Source: Pseudomonadota bacterium
GTDB taxonomy: Bacteria > Pseudomonadota > Gammaproteobacteria > Enterobacterales > Permianibacteraceae
DNA length: 64,000 bases
NCBI GenBank assembly: GCA_049324755.1
Contig: JBMOMZ010000067.1
Span: 1,280-65,279, forward strand
Direction: 5' to 3'
The notes under the pieces were generated by a model. It was not told the origin of the DNA, made no database searches, and worked only from the letters and a program-made list of their open reading frames with translations. Positions 59,157-64,000 of this stretch are shown here, in pieces (within the stretch, counting starts at the first letter, position 1; the number at the start of each line of letters is the position of its first letter). The position numbers were made by a program, and so were the translations under genes.

Positions 59157-59975
59157 ATGCGAACTTTTTCTGCGAAGCCGACGGCGCTGTTTCAATGCAT
59201 ATGGCGGAATCGCTCATTAATAGCTGCTTCAGCGAGACGAGAGGTTGTCGGTCGCTATCAAGGCTCGATATTCGGATTGCTCTGGTCGTTTTTCAATCCT
59301 CTTTTGATGTTGGCTGTTTATACTTTCGTGTTCACCGAAGTCTTCAAGGCGAGGTGGAGTTCGAATGGGTATGTGAAGGTTGAATTTGCTTTGGTACTGT
59401 TTGCGGGGTTGATTGTCTTCAATATATTCTCGGAATGCATTAATAGGGCACCTAATCTGATACTTGCTAATCCAAATTATGTAAAGAAGGTTGTGTTCCC
59501 GCTTGAGGTTTTGCCAGTAATAATTTTGATATCCTCACTGTACCATGCGTTGGTTGGTATGTTTGTTTGGTTTGTTGCATACATCATTTTTGTAGGTATG
59601 CCAAACTGGTCCGCTGTACTGTTGCCGCTATTGCTTCTTCCTTTTTCATTATTTGTGCTGGGTCTGAGTTGGATCCTTGCTTCGCTGGGGGTTTTTCTTC
59701 GTGATGTATCACAGTTTGTGGCGGTCATAACGACGGTTTTGCTTTTCATGAGTCCGATATTCTATCCGGTAAACGCTTTGCCAGAAATATACCACGGTAT
59801 CGTATATTTCAATCCAATCACGCCGATTGTGGAAATGGTTCGCGAAATTCTCTACTGGGGAATTTGGGTGAGAGTAGAGGTGATCGCTGGTTACTGGCTA
59901 TTCTGCATGCTAATCGCATGGATTGGATTTGCGTGGTTTCAAAAAACTCGTAAGGGATTCGCAGATGTCCTTTGA
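59157..59975 (+). CDS. wzm: O-polysaccharide ABC transporter permease (ABC-2 type, Wzm)
   Basis: 272 aa. The N-terminus IWRNRSLIAASARREVVGRYQGSIFGLLWSFFNPLLM is typical of Wzm/TagG/KpsM, followed by six hydrophobic segments. Confidence 0.85.
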   Translation: MRTFSAKPTALFQCIWRNRSLIAASARREVVGRYQGSIFGLLWSFFNPLLMLAVYTFVFTEVFKARWSSNGYVKVEFALVLFAGLIVFNIFSECINRAPNLILANPNYVKKVVFPLEVLPVIILISSLYHALVGMFVWFVAYIIFVGMPNWSAVLLPLLLLPFSLFVLGLSWILASLGVFLRDVSQFVAVITTVLLFMSPIFYPVNALPEIYHGIVYFNPITPIVEMVREILYWGIWVRVEVIAGYWLFCMLIAWIGFAWFQKTRKGFADVL

Positions 59976-61353
59976 AACGGCGATAATGGTAAGTGGCGTA
60001 AGTAAGTGCTTCAACATCTATGAATCACCTCGTGATCGATTGAAACAGTTTATCTTTCCCCGGTTGCAACAGGTTTTATCGCTAGAAAAGAAAAAGTATT
60101 TCAGAGAGTTTTGGGCGCTTAAAAGTGTTTCGTTCGACGTGTTCAGAGGCGAAACAGTTGGCATCATAGGTCGGAACGGTAGCGGCAAATCCACACTATT
60201 GCAGATCATTTGTGACACGCTGAGTCCATCGGAAGGGGCTGTTTCTGTGAGAGGCAGGGTCGCTGCCTTGTTGGAGCTGGGGTCTGGTTTCAATCCCGAG
60301 TTTTCGGGGATGGAGAATATCCGTATCAACGCAGCAGTGTTGGGGTTGTCTGACGATCAAATATCTGAGCGACTGGATCGGATCATTTCTTTCTCTGAAA
60401 TTGGGCAATTTATTCACCAGCCTGTGAAGACTTATTCAAGTGGAATGATGGTGAGATTGGCATTTTCAGTCGCTATCAATGTCGACCCCGATATCCTTGT
60501 GATTGATGAAGCTCTTTCGGTAGGTGACGAGCGTTTTCAACGAAAATGTTTGTCAAAAATTGAGTCATTGAAGCGAGATGGGGCAACAATCCTGTTCGTA
60601 TCGCACTCTGGCGCCCAGATTGTGGAATTGTGCGACCGCGCAGTGCTATTAGACAGCGGTCGTCTATTAATGGTTGGACCGCCGAAAGATGCCATAAAGG
60701 AGTATCAAAGGCTTCTGTATTCCCCTGAGTCAGAAAGGGAAAACATACGGAATAGGCTTTTGAGTAAAAAAACGGGGACATCAAATTTTGTTGATGTTAA
60801 TTACTCTTTTTCCGAGGTCGAAACCGCTGCTGATAATCGCGGGGAATCTGAAGAAAGGGAAACATTTGACCCCACATTTGTTTCCACCAGTGAAGTCATT
60901 TTTGAGTCACATGGACCGGTTATTTCGCCACCGGTCATATTGACATTGAGTGGTGAGCAGGTAAACGGGCTCGTTAGGGGGCGAAGATATCGAGTTAGAT
61001 ACTCGGTTTCTTTTTGTCGTTCAGCGAGTAATGTCAGATTTGGTATGTCTTTTAGAACTGCAACTGGCGTTGCAATAAGTGGTGTCTTGTCGTCGCCCTC
61101 ACTATTGGAGTCTATACCTGCAGTTAGGGAGGGGGCGATTGCAAATGTGACATTTGAGTTTTCTTGCCGCCTCAATACGGGCGTCTATTTCCTTAATGTA
61201 GGAGTCTTTGGTTGTGTTGGTGAAGAGGAGGTGGTTCTGCATCGTCGTGCAGAGACCATTGTATTTAGGGTGCTTCCTGTTCAGAGAAACATCGTAACCG
61301 AAGCGGTATGCTTTGAGTATCAGCCGTTAATAGAGTTATTCCAAGATGAGTAA
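59965..61353 (+). CDS. wzt: O-polysaccharide ABC transporter ATP-binding protein Wzt with C-terminal carbohydrate-binding-type domain
   Basis: ATG 59965 overlaps the wzm end by 11 nt. Walker A GRNGSGKST, signature YSSGMMVRLAF, Walker B ILVIDEALSVGD. About 215 extra C-terminal residues form beta-rich sequence (RYRVRYSVSF...GVYFLNVGVF...IVFRVLP). Confidence 0.85.
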   Translation: MSFETAIMVSGVSKCFNIYESPRDRLKQFIFPRLQQVLSLEKKKYFREFWALKSVSFDVFRGETVGIIGRNGSGKSTLLQIICDTLSPSEGAVSVRGRVAALLELGSGFNPEFSGMENIRINAAVLGLSDDQISERLDRIISFSEIGQFIHQPVKTYSSGMMVRLAFSVAINVDPDILVIDEALSVGDERFQRKCLSKIESLKRDGATILFVSHSGAQIVELCDRAVLLDSGRLLMVGPPKDAIKEYQRLLYSPESERENIRNRLLSKKTGTSNFVDVNYSFSEVETAADNRGESEERETFDPTFVSTSEVIFESHGPVISPPVILTLSGEQVNGLVRGRRYRVRYSVSFCRSASNVRFGMSFRTATGVAISGVLSSPSLLESIPAVREGAIANVTFEFSCRLNTGVYFLNVGVFGCVGEEEVVLHRRAETIVFRVLPVQRNIVTEAVCFEYQPLIELFQDE

Positions 61354-64000
61354 TAGATTGCTTGTGTCGTCGCCAAATGGCGGTGGGATTTTCCTGATAG
61401 ACCGTGGCGTTATTTATCGGATTGATGCCAGGAGTGCGACGGGGTTATATGTTTCTTCTAAAGCGCTACTGCGTTGCTTTCAGCCTAGTTCATTGACGTT
61501 TCTAGATAGATATTCTGAGTCTACCGTATTGTCCCATGTGGTAGATGGAGTTGATGATATCCATGACGTTACGTTGCTTGATTCATTCGTATATGTTGTC
61601 AGCACCGGGAAAAATCAAATCATAAAACTCAATCTTCAAGGTGAGGAGAGTCAGCGGTGGGTTTTTCCTGGCGAACCCGATTCCTGGCACATTAACAGTA
61701 TAACTTGCTGGAACGGGCGGATAATTTTCTCCGCCTTCGCTGATGTTCGCAGGCATCGAGGGTATAAGGGCGCAAGTGATGGTGCCGGTTTCGTGCAGGA
61801 TTTGCTATCTGGGGAAAGGATTATCAAGGGGCTATCGCAACCCCATAGCTTGACTCCATTTAATGGAAATCTGTTGATTGCAAACTCAGAAAAGAAAGAG
61901 GTTTTGTGCTTTTCTCCGTCTACGGAATTGTTGTGGAGGATGAGATTTGATGGCTATGTTAGAGGAATTGCAGTATCCGAAGATTCTCTCTATGTCGGTT
62001 TGAGTCGCTCTCGTAATATTGATGATGCGGGGCTTCAATCGGCACAAATTGTTGAAGTTGGTTTGGAGGATTTTTGCGAGCGTTGGCGTTCTGACATACC
62101 AGCTAACGAGATTTACGATATTAGAGTAATTCCGCCAGAGGCGGATCTGGTTGCTCTGTTGTCTAGCACGACCGCAGATTCTGTCAGCTATTGTGTTTCC
62201 GAGAATGAATCCGCTAACCGACTTGTTGAAGAGCGTATTGTGTGGGCGCAGTCAATGGAGTCCGAGCTGCAGGCCGCGCGCGGGTTGGTAGAAGAACGAA
62301 CGCTTTGGGCGCAGTCGCTGGAGTCCGAGTTGCAGGCCGCGCGCGGGTTAGTGGAAGAACGAACTGCTTGGGCACAGTCATTGGAATCTGAAGTAAAGAG
62401 TATAGGGAAACTGCTGGAAGAGCGTACTGCGTGGGCGCAGTCGCTGGAGTCCGAGTTGCAGGTGGTTCGCGGGTTGGTAGAAGAGCGAACGGTTTGGGCG
62501 CAGTCATTGGAATCCGAAGTAAAAAGCACAGTGCATCTGCTGGAAGAGCGTACTGCGTGGGCTCAGTCGCTGGAGTCTGCTCTGAAGGCAGCTCAGGAAT
62601 TGATTAGAGACAAAGATGCTTTGGCTGACTCCTTAAATGCTGTGATTGCCGAGCAAACAAGAGCTGCTAGACAGCTTGAGCATGCGCTCGCCGAGCGTGA
62701 TCAGTTAGTACATAGTCTTTATGCCTCTAGGTCTTGGCGCATTACGCAGCCATTACGTAATATTCGGCATTATGCTTCTAAGGCAACGTATCTACTACGG
62801 AAATTGCCAAATGGGTTCAAGTATCTTGCTCGTCGTGATTTTTCTGGATTCCTTGGTCGTTTAAAGGCTATTAGACGGGATAGTGCGTTCTATCAAGTTG
62901 CAAATCAAACGTATGAGCAGAAAGTAGGGTTGCGTTGGGGCGTCATCGCTACTCGCCACACAGCATTCATAGGACATTTAGTCAAATCTCGATTGCAAAA
63001 ACACGGCTGGTCAGTTGATTTGTTTTTTACTGAGCAACAGCAGTACGACCATGACTTTTATGTCGTGATATGTCCGCAAATGTTCAAATCTCTTCCCCCT
63101 GGAGAGAAAAGAATTTCTTTTCAAATGGAGCAATCCGTTAGTTCGCGTTGGTTTACATCTGATTATTTGGATGTGCTAAATAACTCGCTTGCTGTTCTGG
63201 AGTATTCACTCAAGAATATTGAGTTCCTTAGCGAGAAGGGAATTGCTTACCCGCATGTCCACTACTTGCCTGTTGGCGCAGATCCTTCATATATCAAAAG
63301 TGGTAAAAAAATAGATAAAAAATATGACGTTCTTTTCTATGGAGATGCCAATAGCTCGGCTCGTCGAAGAGAGCTTCTAAAAGTCCTTCGAGAAAATTTT
63401 CAGGTAAAGATTTGTAGTGAAGTTTTTGGCGAAGAAATGACAGAGGAAATTCGCCAGGCAAAGGTTGTCGTGAATTTGCACTACTACGAAAACGCCCTAC
63501 TCGAAATGCCACGCATCCAAGAGTGTATATCGTTGGGCGTGCCGGTCATATCAGAGTCTTCTCAGGACCAGTCCGACTATCCAGAAATCTTGGGGGCCGT
63601 TAGATTCTTTGCTCAGGGCGATACAAACGGAATGATCGAAACCGTTAGAAAGTGTCTTGAAAGCCCTATTCCTGAGAATGAGGTTTCTCGGTCTGCTATT
63701 CTAGGCTCAGAGCGGTTCGCGTTTATGTTTGACCGTTTCTTGGTCGCTATGGGGTATTTATCATCAAACAAACTAGCTGTGGATGGCTTACCCTTGCCAG
63801 TAGATGTGAAAAGAGTCGCACTATCAATGCCTGAGACTATCGCTCGACGAAGGATATTCGAGGCTAATCGTCCATTGAATTGTGCCGTTTTCGATGGTGT
63901 GAGGCTTCGTCCTGGCTGGGTTGGGTGCGGGCTTTCCTATGCAAATCTCGCGCGGCATGCATTGAAAAACAAGTTGAGTAGACTTACTGTTCTTGAGGAT
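61346..64000 (+). CDS. multidomain O-antigen biosynthesis protein: DUF4915/TIGR03032-like domain, repeat coiled coil, GT-B-like domain, GT25 domain (3' end outside the window)
   Basis: My own translation from ATG 61346 (overlapping the wzt stop, ATGAGTAA) is open for 885 codons to nt 64000. It is not in the ORF track because it has no stop. Motifs are listed in the findings. Confidence 0.8.
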   Translation, partial: MSNRLLVSSPNGGGIFLIDRGVIYRIDARSATGLYVSSKALLRCFQPSSLTFLDRYSESTVLSHVVDGVDDIHDVTLLDSFVYVVSTGKNQIIKLNLQGEESQRWVFPGEPDSWHINSITCWNGRIIFSAFADVRRHRGYKGASDGAGFVQDLLSGERIIKGLSQPHSLTPFNGNLLIANSEKKEVLCFSPSTELLWRMRFDGYVRGIAVSEDSLYVGLSRSRNIDDAGLQSAQIVEVGLEDFCERWRSDIPANEIYDIRVIPPEADLVALLSSTTADSVSYCVSENESANRLVEERIVWAQSMESELQAARGLVEERTLWAQSLESELQAARGLVEERTAWAQSLESEVKSIGKLLEERTAWAQSLESELQVVRGLVEERTVWAQSLESEVKSTVHLLEERTAWAQSLESALKAAQELIRDKDALADSLNAVIAEQTRAARQLEHALAERDQLVHSLYASRSWRITQPLRNIRHYASKATYLLRKLPNGFKYLARRDFSGFLGRLKAIRRDSAFYQVANQTYEQKVGLRWGVIATRHTAFIGHLVKSRLQKHGWSVDLFFTEQQQYDHDFYVVICPQMFKSLPPGEKRISFQMEQSVSSRWFTSDYLDVLNNSLAVLEYSLKNIEFLSEKGIAYPHVHYLPVGADPSYIKSGKKIDKKYDVLFYGDANSSARRRELLKVLRENFQVKICSEVFGEEMTEEIRQAKVVVNLHYYENALLEMPRIQECISLGVPVISESSQDQSDYPEILGAVRFFAQGDTNGMIETVRKCLESPIPENEVSRSAILGSERFAFMFDRFLVAMGYLSSNKLAVDGLPLPVDVKRVALSMPETIARRRIFEANRPLNCAVFDGVRLRPGWVGCGLSYANLARHALKNKLSRLTVLED
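62222..62599 (+). repeat. six in-frame tandem 63-bp (21-aa) repeats encoding coiled coil
   Basis: Units at 62222, 62285, 62348, 62411, 62474 and 62537 encode L[VL]EER[IT]xWAQS[LM]ES[EA][LV].... They are exact multiples of three heptads. Confidence 0.9.

Noticed and set aside
62188-62529. Minus-strand ORFs 62188-62529 and 62214-62507 with internally repeated translation; also considered whether the 63-bp periodic array could be a CRISPR
   Set aside because: The repeats are contiguous with no spacers, in phase with a long + strand ORF, and encode heptad-compatible sequence. The minus frames are just the reverse of that array.
63294-63512. 72-aa minus-strand ORF inside the glycosyltransferase region
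   Set aside because: It is embedded antisense in the continuous 885-codon + ORF and has no start context.

Overview
High-GC gammaproteobacterial chromosome segment. One housekeeping 60-nt line counted by hand (44461-44520) is 40/60 G+C. Gene order closely follows two Pseudomonas-type core neighbourhoods. The first is nadB / rpoE(algU)-rseA-rseB-rseC-degP(mucD) / lepA-lepB-rnc-era-recO-pdxJ-acpS. The second is yciK...HAD phosphatase-ubiG-mtaD / gyrA-serC-hisC-cmk-rpsA-ihfB, as I recall for P. aeruginosa PA3161-PA3173. I support about 62 CDS, including prfB with its programmed +1 frameshift. I see no rRNA, tRNA, CRISPR array, transposase or integrase. Intergenic DNA holds several sequence families of REP-like palindromes, and high-GC antisense shadow ORFs dominate the six-frame track. 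Accessory content is limited. It includes a secreted M36-type metalloprotease with a GlyGly-CTERM sorting tail, a roughly 0.6 kb low-GC orphan gene bracketed by a 15/16-bp direct repeat, and a squalene/phytoene-synthase-fold protein that has lost both Asp-rich motifs. There is also a GGDEF operon with two uncharacterised small partners. The last ~6.4 kb (from 57.6 kb) is an AT-rich ABC-transporter-dependent O-polysaccharide locus downstream of ihfB-lapAB-pyrF-comEA. The best candidate for something undescribed lies there. It pairs a Wzt carrying a C-terminal carbohydrate-binding-type domain with an ORF of more than 885 codons (61346 to the window edge, missed by the ORF track). That ORF reads DUF4915/TIGR03032-like domain, then six perfect-phase 63-bp coiled-coil repeats, then a GT-B-like domain, then a GT25 domain. 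This is a WbdD/WbbB-like ruler architecture with an uncharacterised domain in the chain-terminator position. All family assignments come from reading motifs by eye and from memory; no searches were run.
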